This document shows, in pieces, positions 29,598 through 39,977 of a stretch of 64,000 bases of DNA. Origin of the DNA: an uncultured Myroides sp. (lineage in GTDB: Bacteria; Bacteroidota; Bacteroidia; Flavobacteriales; Flavobacteriaceae); the NCBI GenBank assembly GCA_913777665.1, contig CAJYTF010000031.1:11852-75851 (forward strand), in the 5' to 3' direction. Below the pieces are notes generated by a model. The model saw nothing but the letters and a program-made list of their open reading frames with translations, did not search any database and was not told the origin of the DNA. A program made the position numbers and the translations under genes. Position 1 is the stretch's first letter. Every line of letters starts with the position of its first letter.

Positions 29598-32384
29598 TTA
29601 AAAGTTGATGTATAAATTTAAGAAATAAGTTCTACCGAAACCATAGAAATATTTAGGGCCAAAAGTACGGGTTCCGCTTGCGTGATCCATTAATAATTCG
29701 CGGTAGTTAGCATTACGTGCTTGTTCAAAACCACCTGTTTTGTATTCTAAACCTAACACATTGTTTACCGATGCAAAGAAACCAAAAGTTTTACCGTTGA
29801 TTCTCCATGATTTTCCACCTTGAAGGTTAACCAAGAAAATATCGTCTAACTTTTCTTGTTTTAACAAACGTTTAGCTGTATCGGTATCCATATCGCTGAA
29901 TGCTGCACCACCCTGACCAGGTTCTGCAAAGAAATTGTTTGTACGTAACAAAGGCGAAATATCTAAATAAATATCCGTTAAAAAGTTCGCGTTTGCACCA
30001 ATCCACCAATAGTTCGGGTCGCGGTATTCAATACCTAACGAATACGCTTGTTGTGGCGTTCCTGCAACACGGTAGTTTTTAATATAACTTGTTCCGTAGT
30101 TTACCATTGGGCTTAAACCGCTTTCACGACGACCATCAACATTCAAATAAACATTTGCGTTGTCTGAATAAATTGCCTGTCCATAGTTTGCAGCGGCAGT
30201 CAATTTTATTGTTTTAGTTGCTTGATATTCTGCACCTAATTCAATACCCATGCTTTGTTTGCTGATACCACGTGTGATTTCTGCTACGAAATCGCTGCTT
30301 GTTTCATCGTCCATTTCAATATCGATACCATCTGCATAGAAGAAAGATGTTCTTGTAGCGTCTTTAATTTCGTTGAAATAAGCACCAATACGTCCTTTTA
30401 ATTTAGGCGTACGGATGATGTAGTTGATATCAGATCCAAAAATTTTCTCATCGGTTAAACCGTTTACTGTTGCATCACTGATACGAACGTTTGAATAGCT
30501 GTTACGAATTGATGGTGCCTGCGTGTAATAACTTGCATTGAAGTTGAAAATATGCTGACCTGTTAATTTATAAGTCGCTCCTCCTTTGAATCCGTAGTTT
30601 TCGAATGATATTTTTTGACCTTTTCCAAAAGATGAATCTGCGTATAATGCGTTTCTGTATAATCCTTCACGTTGGTATTCTGTGTAAGATGCGTTTTGAC
30701 CTAAATAGAAATCGAATTTACCAAAGTTGAATTGAAACTGTGTAAACAAATCAACCACATTTGCACGCATAATATAGTTGTAACCATATTTATCGCCTTC
30801 GTAAATTCTACGGTTTGGGTTGTTTAAATCAGAAGCCGAAAATTCTTCTTTTAAGAATGTATCGTTATCAATTAAATAACCACCACCCAATAAATCAAGC
30901 ATTTCCTGGTAGCTTTCTGAACGTAAATTGCGGTATGTTAAGCCTGCATTAAATCCAACTACATTAGAAATTTGTGTATTAAACAACGTATTCGCTGTTA
31001 ATTGGTTGTCTTGCATAACGTCGGCATACAACGCGTTTACAGCATAACCTTTGTTTGCATTTTGAAGGTATAAACGATCCCAGTTAATTTGAGAATTAGC
31101 CAAGAAATCTTGTCTGTTACGTTCTGCATTGTTAAAATCTGGTGTCCAAATTGGAGAGCTTCCATCTGTATTGTGGAAATTCAAATAATAACTTGGTAAG
31201 TTTTTGTAGTAAGTAGGATCAGGATTGTTTGCTCCGTTTGTTTCTAAACGACTGTTTGAAATCTTACCAAACTGATACGATACATTCGTGTTTAAGGTAG
31301 ATTTCTCGCTGATATCCCAATAGTGGCTCAATATAAAAATCGGCTCTTCTACGTCTTTATCACGAGAATTACGTTTTTTACCATCTTGCCAACCCCAGTA
31401 CGAATTGTACTTATAACCTTTTAAATCTACAACCTCTTGTGTGTTAGGTCCGTTTTTACCACGGCTGTTTTGTGCGTAAATAGCAGACAAGTTTAAGCTG
31501 TGATTACTGTTGATTTTCTTTTCGATTGCCAAGAAAAACGATTTAGCATCGTAATCTGTTCCATCAAAGAAACCTTCTTTCGCCATACGGTATGAAGCCG
31601 ATGCAGCATAAGCCCATCCGTTTTTGTTCATTCCCGAACCGTACGTAATCATTCCACGACCGCTGTAGTTAGTATTTGCACCAGAAAGTGAAACACGTGT
31701 TCCTGTACGCATAAAAGACGCACGAGTGTTTATTGCCTGAATACCTAAAATACCGCCAAAAGTATAATCGTTCGGCATAGAACCGTTGATAAACTCTTGG
31801 TTACGTGTAGCATCGTTTAATCCGCCCCAGTTAGAAAACTGTGGACGACCATCGAAAATCTTGTTCATAGAAATACCGTTTATAAAGATATTTCCATACT
31901 CATTGTCTAACCCTCTAATTCTGAATCGGGCTTGACCCCAGTTAAAAGCTGCCGCCTGACGGAAAGGGTCGCGCGATGCTTGTAACAATCCAGATGTAGT
32001 TTCAGAACCCGAGTTGTCATCGCCCAAATCATTTTCGGTAAGGGTAATTAAACTCAATTGCTGTTCTGCCGTTACATCTTCTTCCAGATAAATCGTACCT
32101 AAATCGATATCTGCTTCGGTAGTTATTTCCAAAGTAAATCGTTTTTGAACATAACCTGTAAAGTTAATGTAAAGTACCTGACTGCCCGGCGTAGGGTTTG
32201 CAATTTCAAATTCACCTTGCTGGTTTGTAGTAGCCGATAAATTTGTGTTGGATAAATTTGCCGTTACATTAAATAAGGGTTGCTGTGTTTTAGCATCAAC
32301 AACAACTCCTCGTAACGCTGTACTTTGTGCCCAAGTTGTTAGGGTAATTAGCACTAAAAGAGTACTAAAGAGTAATTTTTTCAT
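29598..32384 (-). CDS. TonB-dependent receptor
   Basis: Signal peptide MKKLLFST, carboxypeptidase-regulatory-like N-domain, plug RIRGLDNE, C-terminal YLNLYINF; start moved from 32447. Confidence 0.9.
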   Translation of the reverse strand: MKKLLFSTLLVLITLTTWAQSTALRGVVVDAKTQQPLFNVTANLSNTNLSATTNQQGEFEIANPTPGSQVLYINFTGYVQKRFTLEITTEADIDLGTIYLEEDVTAEQQLSLITLTENDLGDDNSGSETTSGLLQASRDPFRQAAAFNWGQARFRIRGLDNEYGNIFINGISMNKIFDGRPQFSNWGGLNDATRNQEFINGSMPNDYTFGGILGIQAINTRASFMRTGTRVSLSGANTNYSGRGMITYGSGMNKNGWAYAASASYRMAKEGFFDGTDYDAKSFFLAIEKKINSNHSLNLSAIYAQNSRGKNGPNTQEVVDLKGYKYNSYWGWQDGKKRNSRDKDVEEPIFILSHYWDISEKSTLNTNVSYQFGKISNSRLETNGANNPDPTYYKNLPSYYLNFHNTDGSSPIWTPDFNNAERNRQDFLANSQINWDRLYLQNANKGYAVNALYADVMQDNQLTANTLFNTQISNVVGFNAGLTYRNLRSESYQEMLDLLGGGYLIDNDTFLKEEFSASDLNNPNRRIYEGDKYGYNYIMRANVVDLFTQFQFNFGKFDFYLGQNASYTEYQREGLYRNALYADSSFGKGQKISFENYGFKGGATYKLTGQHIFNFNASYYTQAPSIRNSYSNVRISDATVNGLTDEKIFGSDINYIIRTPKLKGRIGAYFNEIKDATRTSFFYADGIDIEMDDETSSDFVAEITRGISKQSMGIELGAEYQATKTIKLTAAANYGQAIYSDNANVYLNVDGRRESGLSPMVNYGTSYIKNYRVAGTPQQAYSLGIEYRDPNYWWIGANANFLTDIYLDISPLLRTNNFFAEPGQGGAAFSDMDTDTAKRLLKQEKLDDIFLVNLQGGKSWRINGKTFGFFASVNNVLGLEYKTGGFEQARNANYRELLMDHASGTRTFGPKYFYGFGRTYFLNLYINF

Positions 32385-32444
32385 AAAAACAAAAAATAAA
32401 ACTATATAATTTTTGTCAAGTTTTAAACTAAACTTAACATGGCG

Positions 32445-32480
32445 CAAAGGTAGTTATTTTATAAATATTAACTAATTTTG
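32445..32480. promoter_or_regulatory. Divergent -7 elements for the TBDR operon (-) and the EEP nuclease (+)
   Basis: CAAAGGTA at 32445-32452 (reverse complement TACCTTTG) and TAATTTTG at 32473-32480. Confidence 0.6.
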
Positions 32481-32517
32481 CCCTCAGGTTTATTAAAAAC
32501 TTTATAATAACTTAATA

Positions 32518-33594
32518 ATGGGCATGAAAATTAAACTTTTATCAATACTGGCATTCTTTGCAGGTACAGTATTTGCACAGTCTCAGCAGAAATCTTATGC
32601 AGTACACACGGTAGCTTTTTATAACGTTGAAAACTTGTTTGATACCATTCGCGACGAGAAAATTTATGATGAAGAATGGACGCCGAAGGGTGCACGTAAC
32701 TGGGATGGAAAAAAGTATCAGCAAAAATTAGAAAATTTAAGTAGAGTTATAGCTGAAATTGGTACAGATGAAAACCCGAACATGCCGACAATTTTAGGTG
32801 TCAGCGAAATTGAAAATCGTAAAGTTTTAGAAGATCTGGTCAATATGCCAAAACTTAAAAAGGCTAATTACGGAATCATTCATTACGATTCTCCGGATCG
32901 CCGTGGTATTGATGTGGCTCTTTTCTACCAAACCAAACATTTTAAGCCAACAAGTTCTAAAAATATTCCTTTATATATTTATGATCCAACCGACACTAAA
33001 TATAAAGACAGCAACAACGGTAAAGGCAAGCGCGTTTACACTCGTGACCAGTTATTAGTTACCGGTTTGTTAGATGGCGAAGAAATGCACTTTATTGTAA
33101 ATCACTGGCCGTCACGTTCGGGTGGCGAGAAAAAAAGTAGTCCAAACCGTGAAGCTGCTGCTGCTTTAAACAAAAAAATCATCGATTCGTTATACAACAT
33201 CAACCCAAATGCTAAAGTTTTTACAATGGGCGATTTAAACGATGGACCGTATAATAAATCGGTAAAAGATGTTTTAGAAGCAAAAGGTAAAAAAGACGAT
33301 GTGAAGAAAGGCGGAATTTTTAACCCGATGTATCAATTGTATAAAGAAGGTCACGGAACAATTGCGTACCGCGATGCCTGGGATATTTTCGATCAGATTA
33401 TTTTTACAGAACCACTTTTAAGCAAAGATTATTCAAGCTTCCGTTATTGGAAGGTAGGAATTTTCAACAAACCGTTTTTAGTACAGAAATCGGGTCAGTA
33501 TAAAGGTTATCCGTTGCGAAACCAATTAAGCGGCGAACCCGGATTTAGTGATCACTTCCCCGTTTATATTTATTTGATTAAAGAGAAACAATAA
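32518..33594 (+). CDS. Secreted endonuclease/exonuclease/phosphatase family protein
   Basis: Signal peptide; YNVENLFD, SEIEN, NHWPSR, GDLND, DQI and SDHFPV catalytic motifs. Confidence 0.92.
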   Translation: MGMKIKLLSILAFFAGTVFAQSQQKSYAVHTVAFYNVENLFDTIRDEKIYDEEWTPKGARNWDGKKYQQKLENLSRVIAEIGTDENPNMPTILGVSEIENRKVLEDLVNMPKLKKANYGIIHYDSPDRRGIDVALFYQTKHFKPTSSKNIPLYIYDPTDTKYKDSNNGKGKRVYTRDQLLVTGLLDGEEMHFIVNHWPSRSGGEKKSSPNREAAAALNKKIIDSLYNINPNAKVFTMGDLNDGPYNKSVKDVLEAKGKKDDVKKGGIFNPMYQLYKEGHGTIAYRDAWDIFDQIIFTEPLLSKDYSSFRYWKVGIFNKPFLVQKSGQYKGYPLRNQLSGEPGFSDHFPVYIYLIKEKQ

Positions 33595-33625
33595 AAATAA
33601 AGCTGCCTTTTGGCAGCTTTATTTT
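33594..33625 (+). terminator. Intrinsic terminator
   Basis: AAAATAAAGCTGCC-TTTT-GGCAGCTTTATTTT. Confidence 0.75.
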
Positions 33626-33799
33626 TTTATAAAGACATCCCCGTTAATTAAAATCTCCACATTTTTTATTTTTTTACTTATCTTAGATTATGGTAAAATG
33701 CTATAAAACGTTAACGCGTTATTATGCGCAACGAAAATATAGTATCTTTACACAAATTTTTTATTAATTAATATACACAACGCAAGTTGTTCAATATAT

Positions 33800-35266
33800 A
33801 TGGCATGTACAAATTGTTCTACTAAAACAAACGATTCTGGCATTCCAAAAGGTTGTGGTAGCAAAGGTTCTTGTGGAACCGACAGCTGCAATAAGTTAAG
33901 CGTGTTCGATTGGTTGTCGAATATGCACTATCCTTCGGGGTTTGAACCTTTTGATGTAGTTGAAGTTCGTTTTAAAAACGGTAGAAAAGACTTTTATAAA
34001 AATACCGATAAACTGGCATTGCAAATGGGCGATGTGGTAGCTACCGAGGCTAGTCCCGGGCATGATATCGGAGTGGTAACTTTAGTCGGCGAGCTGGTTA
34101 AGGTACAAATGAAGAAAAAGAAGGTAGACCCGTATGGCGATACCTTAAAAATATACAGAAAAGCAACACAGAAAGATATCGACATTTGGAGTGATGCCCG
34201 CAAGCGCGAAGAACCAATGAAAGTTCGTGCTCGTGAGATTGCTATTGAATTAAAACTGGAAATGAAAATTTCCGATATCGAATTTCAAGGAGATGCTTCT
34301 AAAGCAACCTTTTATTATACGGCGAACGATCGTGTAGATTTTCGTCAGTTGATTAAAGAATTTGCACGCACATTCAACACCCGTATCGAAATGAAACAGG
34401 TAGGTTTCCGTCAAGAAGCTGCTCGTTTAGGCGGTATCGGATCATGTGGTCGCGAATTGTGCTGTTCTACCTGGTTAACCGATTTTCGAAGTGTAAACAC
34501 CGCAGCAGCACGTTATCAGCAATTATCGTTGAATCCGCAAAAGCTTGCAGGTCAGTGTGGTAAGTTAAAATGTTGTTTGAATTATGAATTGGATACGTAT
34601 TTGGATGCCTTAAAAGGAATGCCTGATACCGATACCAAATTGCAAACAAAAAACGGCGAAGCATATTGTCAGAAAATCGATATTTTCAAGCAGGTTATGT
34701 GGTTTGCTTATCCATCGAACAGTGCAAATTGGTATAAGATCGAAGTCGCTCAGGTTAAAGAAATATTGGCTTTAAACAAGCAAGGACAAGTTGTTGACAG
34801 TATTGAAGATTATGTTGCGGAAGATGAAAATACTGTTTCTGTTCAAAATGTAGCAACTACAGAAGACAGTTTATCGCGATTTGATGAACCTAAACGAAGA
34901 AGAAAACCACAGCGCAACAACAAGAAAAAACCGGTAGGCAATACAGTAGAAAAACCGGCTGCAAGCACAGCAACCGATGTTAAAAGAGCGCCACGTTCAA
35001 ACGAAAATGCTTCAAGACAACCACAAGGTCAGCCAAAGCAGCAAAATAATCGTCCACCAAAAAACAATCAGCCAAGAGTTCATAATAATCAGAACAATCA
35101 AAATAATCAAACCGAAAAGCCAAAACCGGCTGTTCAAAATAATGCACCAGTAAAACCAACCGAAGAAGGTGCGAATAAAAATCAGGCGCGAAAAAAGAAT
35201 TTTAAACGACCTAATAAAAACAACGGAAACAACCCAAACAGTAAACCAAATGATAACAAACAATAA
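33800..35266 (+). CDS. ricT: PSP1/RicT (YaaT) family Fe-S protein with long low-complexity tail
   Basis: EVRFKNGRK, YYTANDRVDFRQL, GSCGRELCC, GQCGKLKCCL. Confidence 0.88.
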   Translation: MACTNCSTKTNDSGIPKGCGSKGSCGTDSCNKLSVFDWLSNMHYPSGFEPFDVVEVRFKNGRKDFYKNTDKLALQMGDVVATEASPGHDIGVVTLVGELVKVQMKKKKVDPYGDTLKIYRKATQKDIDIWSDARKREEPMKVRAREIAIELKLEMKISDIEFQGDASKATFYYTANDRVDFRQLIKEFARTFNTRIEMKQVGFRQEAARLGGIGSCGRELCCSTWLTDFRSVNTAAARYQQLSLNPQKLAGQCGKLKCCLNYELDTYLDALKGMPDTDTKLQTKNGEAYCQKIDIFKQVMWFAYPSNSANWYKIEVAQVKEILALNKQGQVVDSIEDYVAEDENTVSVQNVATTEDSLSRFDEPKRRRKPQRNNKKKPVGNTVEKPAASTATDVKRAPRSNENASRQPQGQPKQQNNRPPKNNQPRVHNNQNNQNNQTEKPKPAVQNNAPVKPTEEGANKNQARKKNFKRPNKNNGNNPNSKPNDNKQ

Positions 35267-35741
35267 AAGAAATCTCTTTAAATTTGTTGCCTTATCAGCA
35301 GTAATGGCATTTACAGCTTGCACTACGACCGATTTTTTTAACGAATACAAATCATTGCCAGACGGTTGGAAAAAAAGCGAACCTACTGTTTTTGATTTTG
35401 AATCGTTAGATACCATAGCAAAGCACGATGCATACATAAATATTCGTACAAAAAACGATTATCCGTACAGCAACTTGTTTTTAATTGTTAAAATGTTTCC
35501 GCCCGAAGGTGTTGCAACGGTTGATACTTTGCAGTATCAAATGGCAAATGCAGACGGAACTATGTTGGGAACCGGTTTTACCGATGTGAAGGAACACAAG
35601 CTTATCTGGCGAAAAAAAGTAGTGTTTAAAAAGCAGGGAGTTTACAAAATTGAAGTAGAACATGCCATGCGAAAAGTAAATGAAGTAAAAGGCGATGCGG
35701 TTTTAAACGGCATTACCGAAATTGGTTTACAAGTACAATAA
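35250..35741 (+). CDS. gldH: Gliding motility lipoprotein GldH
   Basis: Lipobox FTAC; YPYSNLFLIV, DTLQYQMA..DG..LGTGFTDVKE; start ATG at 35250. Confidence 0.9.
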   Translation: MITNNKRNLFKFVALSAVMAFTACTTTDFFNEYKSLPDGWKKSEPTVFDFESLDTIAKHDAYINIRTKNDYPYSNLFLIVKMFPPEGVATVDTLQYQMANADGTMLGTGFTDVKEHKLIWRKKVVFKKQGVYKIEVEHAMRKVNEVKGDAVLNGITEIGLQVQ

Positions 35742-35757
35742 TTATTCATAAGACATT

Positions 35758-38100
35758 ATGGAAAAAATAGAAGATTCTAAAAAGAAGGAACTATCTACCA
35801 ATAGAAAATTTCTGCGTTTATTCTGGAAATTGTTCGGTGCAGGTGTTGCCTTTGTTATATTGATTTTTGCCTTTGCCAATTGGGGAATTTTTGGTGCGAT
35901 GCCAAGTTTCGATGAATTGGAAAATCCGGAATCAAGTGTAGCGACAGAAATTATATCGGCAGACGGAAAAACCCTTGGTAAGTTTTACCTTGAAAACCGC
36001 GTGCCTGTTAAATACGAAGAATTACCGCAACATTTGGTTGATGCGTTGATTGCTACCGAAGATGAGCGTTTTCGTTCACATTCTGGTATCGATGCCCGCG
36101 GAACCATGCGTGCTATTTTCAGTGCAGGATCAAGCGGGGGTGCAAGTACCATTAGCCAGCAGTTGGCAAAAAACTTATTTCACGGAAGTTCGGGTTCAAG
36201 TAACAAGCTTTTTCGTGTCATTCAAAAAGTAAAAGAGTGGATTATTGCCGTAAAATTAGAGCGTCAGTACACTAAAAACGAAATCATTGCTTATTATCTT
36301 AATACCGTAGATTTTGTGAGTAATGCGTATGGAATTCGTTCGGCGGCTAACATCTATTTCAATAAAGAGCCTAAAAAACTAACGGTTGAAGAGGCTGCTG
36401 TTTTGGTAGGAATGCTTCAGGCGCCTTCTCGTTACAATCCGCGTTTTAATCCGGATCGAGCAGAAAATCGTAGAAATATCGTATTGGCTCAAATGGCTAA
36501 AAACGGTAAAATTACCGAAGCCGAGAAAGAAAAATATCAGGCAAAGCCTTTAAAAATCAATTATACACCAGAAACACATACAAAAGGTTACGCAACCTAT
36601 TTTAGAGAATATTTGCGTGATTATATGCGTAAATGGGTAAAGGAAAATCCTAAAAAAGACGGGTCAACCTATGATATTTACCGCGATGGTTTGCGTATTT
36701 ATACCACGATTGATTCCCGTATGCAGGAATATGCAGAAGAAGCGGTAGAAATGCACTTGGCTAATTTGCAGAAAGAATTCTTTAAGCAGCAAAAAGGCAA
36801 TAAAAATGCACCTTTCATTCAGATTAATCAGGCAGAAACTAAGAAAATTATCGACCGTGCAATGCGTAATTCAGAGCGTTGGCGACAAATGAGTGCCCAA
36901 GGTAAAGAAGAAGAGGATATCATTAAATCGTTCGATGTAAAAACCAAAATGGCGATTTTTACCTGGAAAGGCGAAAAAGATACGTTAATGACACCGCGCG
37001 ATTCTATTGTTTATTACAAACATTTCTTACAATCGGGTATGATGTCTATGGAACCGGTTACAGGTAATGTAAAAGCCTGGGTAGGAGGGATCGATTACAA
37101 ACATTTTCAATACGATCACGTTGCTCAAGGGGCACGTCAGGTTGGTTCTACCTTTAAGCCGTTTGTGTACGCAACAGCTATAGATCAATTGGGAATGAGT
37201 CCTTGCGATTATATTTACGACGGACCTTTTACAATGCCTAAAGGTCGTTACGGAATTCAACAGCCATGGTCGCCTAAAAATTCGGCAGGTAAATATTACG
37301 GTTCGGTAACAATGAAATATGCTTTGGCGCAATCGTTAAACACTGTTACGGCTCGTTTAATGGATCGTGTGGGCCCAAAAGCGGTAATCGATTTATGTAG
37401 AGATTTAGGTGTAAAATCAGATATTCCGGCTTCACCGGCAATTGCGTTGGGAGCTGTTGAAATTACGGTGAGCGACATGGTTGCGGCTTACAGCACGTTT
37501 GCAAATCAGGGAGTTTACGTAAAGCCACGTTTTGTAAATAAAATTACCGATAAAAACGGCGTTGTTTTGTTTGAATCAAGAGCCGAAACACGCGACGTTA
37601 TGAATAAAGACATTGCTTACGCAATTGTTAAATTGTTAGAAGGTGTAACCGAAGGTGGTTCAGGTGGGCGTTTGCGTTATACAGGTTCAGGCGGTGCGGG
37701 TTATCATACCATGACAGGTTATCCGTATGCCTTTAAAAATCCTATTGCAGGTAAAACGGGTACCACACAGAACAATTCAGACGGATGGTTCATTGGTATG
37801 GTTCCTAATTTGGTTACCGGTGTTTGGGTTGGTAACGAAGATCGTGCTGCACACTTTAAATCGACAGTTTACGGGCAAGGAGCTACCATGGCATTACCAA
37901 TTTGGGGTATTTTTATGAAGAAGTGTTATGGTGATAAAACGCTGTATGTTTCCGATGAAGATTTTGAACGCCCTGCAAACATAAGTGTTCTGGTTGATTG
38001 CTGGAAACGAGCTGCAAATGATTCCATTTTAGGAGGTAGCAGCAAAAGAGATAGTTTGGCACCACCAACAGAAACCGTTCCTACAGAATTTGATTTTTAA
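35758..38100 (+). CDS. Penicillin-binding protein 1A (bifunctional transglycosylase/transpeptidase)
   Basis: ATEDERF, GASTISQQLAKN, SxxK (STFK), SLN, KTGT. Confidence 0.95.
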   Translation: MEKIEDSKKKELSTNRKFLRLFWKLFGAGVAFVILIFAFANWGIFGAMPSFDELENPESSVATEIISADGKTLGKFYLENRVPVKYEELPQHLVDALIATEDERFRSHSGIDARGTMRAIFSAGSSGGASTISQQLAKNLFHGSSGSSNKLFRVIQKVKEWIIAVKLERQYTKNEIIAYYLNTVDFVSNAYGIRSAANIYFNKEPKKLTVEEAAVLVGMLQAPSRYNPRFNPDRAENRRNIVLAQMAKNGKITEAEKEKYQAKPLKINYTPETHTKGYATYFREYLRDYMRKWVKENPKKDGSTYDIYRDGLRIYTTIDSRMQEYAEEAVEMHLANLQKEFFKQQKGNKNAPFIQINQAETKKIIDRAMRNSERWRQMSAQGKEEEDIIKSFDVKTKMAIFTWKGEKDTLMTPRDSIVYYKHFLQSGMMSMEPVTGNVKAWVGGIDYKHFQYDHVAQGARQVGSTFKPFVYATAIDQLGMSPCDYIYDGPFTMPKGRYGIQQPWSPKNSAGKYYGSVTMKYALAQSLNTVTARLMDRVGPKAVIDLCRDLGVKSDIPASPAIALGAVEITVSDMVAAYSTFANQGVYVKPRFVNKITDKNGVVLFESRAETRDVMNKDIAYAIVKLLEGVTEGGSGGRLRYTGSGGAGYHTMTGYPYAFKNPIAGKTGTTQNNSDGWFIGMVPNLVTGVWVGNEDRAAHFKSTVYGQGATMALPIWGIFMKKCYGDKTLYVSDEDFERPANISVLVDCWKRAANDSILGGSSKRDSLAPPTETVPTEFDF

Positions 38101-38146
38101 TTTTAACTCCAACAGAGTTCTGAACTCTGTTGGAGTTAAAATTAAA
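38096..38146. repeat. Perfect 25-bp-arm palindrome (ACAGAGTT-type), probable terminator
   Basis: TTTAATTTTAACTCCAACAGAGTTC-T-GAACTCTGTTGGAGTTAAAATTAAA. Confidence 0.8.
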
Positions 38147-38259
38147 TTATATTGCTGATATGAACTTCATGCTTGTATTTTATTAACCCTGAGTTAGATT
38201 AATATTTAATTCATTCAGCTAGGGAGAACAAATTAATAATAGATTTGATACATATACTT

Positions 38260-38294
38260 AAAAAAAGGACAGCTACAAAAGCTGTCATTTTTTT
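38260..38294. terminator. Intrinsic terminator-like hairpin
   Basis: A-tract-GACAGCT-5 nt-AGCTGTC-T-tract. Confidence 0.55.
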
Positions 38295-38450
38295 TATAAC
38301 ACATTTTCTGGTATGTCCTATGGCTTGAAAGATCCTATTTATTACTTTGATTTAACATTTTTTTTAGTTTATAATAAATCCAAAAAAGTTTATCGAAACG
38401 GTTTTAAATAAACTGTCCCAAATATTATATTTTGAAAGGTTTAAAAAAAA

Positions 38451-39029
38451 TTAATTTTTATTTTCCGTACCCTGATAAACTACATCAAAACGTCCCTCTC
38501 GGATTTCTACTTTCTTATCTTTTAAATCAACAGCATCAAACCAAAATGTACCAGATATAATATTGTTTTCTTTATCTAATTTAGTTATATAAAGTTCTCC
38601 TATATTACTTGTATTAGTATAATATCTTTCGTCAGCAAAACTACTTCTCATTATATAAAACATAGCAGATTTTCCGCTTTCTTGTTCTTTTATTAAATAT
38701 TTAGTATTCTCTTCTAATGTGGTAGCATTAGTTGCTATATAAAGTGTTTGTGTTGCAATATTGAGTCCATCCGTTATATTTTGTCGAAATAACAAAACAA
38801 AAGCGTCTTGATCGTACACGCAATAAGGATTTGTTTCAGACCATTCATCGCCTTCCGCCACTATTGCCACTCCATTCAACAAAAAACCAGCTGTATTTGC
38901 ACCTATTTGTGTTGCAGGTGGTAGTTTTTCCACTTCGGTAGATTCAGGTGTTGATTGTGGGACTTCATCGTCTTTTTTACAACTTACAAATGCAACTATC
39001 AACAACAAGAATAAAATACTTTTCTTCAT
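38451..39029 (-). CDS. Hypothetical surface lipoprotein
   Basis: Lipobox VSC-KKDDE; LPPATQIGANTAG, ISGTFWFDA, IREGRFD. Confidence 0.7.
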   Translation of the reverse strand: MKKSILFLLLIVAFVSCKKDDEVPQSTPESTEVEKLPPATQIGANTAGFLLNGVAIVAEGDEWSETNPYCVYDQDAFVLLFRQNITDGLNIATQTLYIATNATTLEENTKYLIKEQESGKSAMFYIMRSSFADERYYTNTSNIGELYITKLDKENNIISGTFWFDAVDLKDKKVEIREGRFDVVYQGTENKN

Positions 39030-39273
39030 AATCATCACTTTTAGAAACTAAAATATATCACTTTTTTAATTTATTTTTCAAATATATAAAATATTATTTA
39101 TTAGGAAAGAGATTACTTTTTGAGATCCCAACGCTGGTGCTAGTGTAACGCTTGTATCTTATCAAACAAAACAGCAAAAGAAACATTTTCTACTTCAAAT
39201 TTTATTATTTTCCACGGCTTAAATAACCAATTGTTTTTTTTGTATTTTTATACTCTTAACAATCTAAATAATT

Positions 39274-39975
39274 ATGATTAATAAAAAGGTTGCAAATGCG
39301 CAAGAAGCATTACACGATGTGCAAGATAATCAAACCATTATGGTGGGCGGATTTGGATTAAGCGGTATTCCCGAAAATTCAATTGCCGAATTGGTTCGTA
39401 AAAACATTACGGGTTTAACCTGTATTTCTAATAACGCGGGTGTTGATGATTTTGGTCTTGGGTTACTATTGCAAAAACGTCAGATAAAAAAAATGATTGC
39501 CTCTTACGTAGGTGAAAATGCCGAATTTGAACGCCAGATGTTAAGTGGCGAATTAGATGTTGAATTAACTCCGCAAGGTACATTGGCAGAAAAATGTCGT
39601 GCTGCACAAGCTGGTATTCCTGCATTTTTTACACCTGCCGGTTACGGAACCGAAGTTGCCGAAGGTAAAGAAACACGTGAATTCAATGGGAAAATGTATG
39701 TAATGGAAGAAGCTTACCAAGCCGATTTTGCTATTGTAAAAGCATGGAAAGGTGACGAAGTCGGAAACTTAATTTTCAAAGGAACTACACGCAGTTTTAA
39801 CGCAGTTATGGCAGGTGCAGGTAAGATTACCATTGCTGAGGTTGAAGAACTGGTACCACTTGGCGAATTAGATCCTAACCAAATTCATATTCCGGGAATT
39901 TATGTGAAGCGTATTTTTCAAGGCGAAAAGTATGAGAAAAGAATTGAACAACGAACGGTACGTAAAAGAGATTAA
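39274..39975 (+). CDS. scoA: Succinyl-CoA:3-ketoacid CoA transferase subunit A
   Basis: [23 protein letters not shown]. Confidence 0.92.
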   Translation: MINKKVANAQEALHDVQDNQTIMVGGFGLSGIPENSIAELVRKNITGLTCISNNAGVDDFGLGLLLQKRQIKKMIASYVGENAEFERQMLSGELDVELTPQGTLAEKCRAAQAGIPAFFTPAGYGTEVAEGKETREFNGKMYVMEEAYQADFAIVKAWKGDEVGNLIFKGTTRSFNAVMAGAGKITIAEVEELVPLGELDPNQIHIPGIYVKRIFQGEKYEKRIEQRTVRKRD

Positions 39976-39977
39976 TT

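Noticed and set aside
32385-32447. N-terminal extensions in the ORF track (TBDR 32447, gldH 35169, DUF1294 4197, 44050, 54890, 63530)
   Set aside because: Internal ATGs give proper signal peptides or family starts; the extensions overlap promoters, terminators or neighbouring genes.
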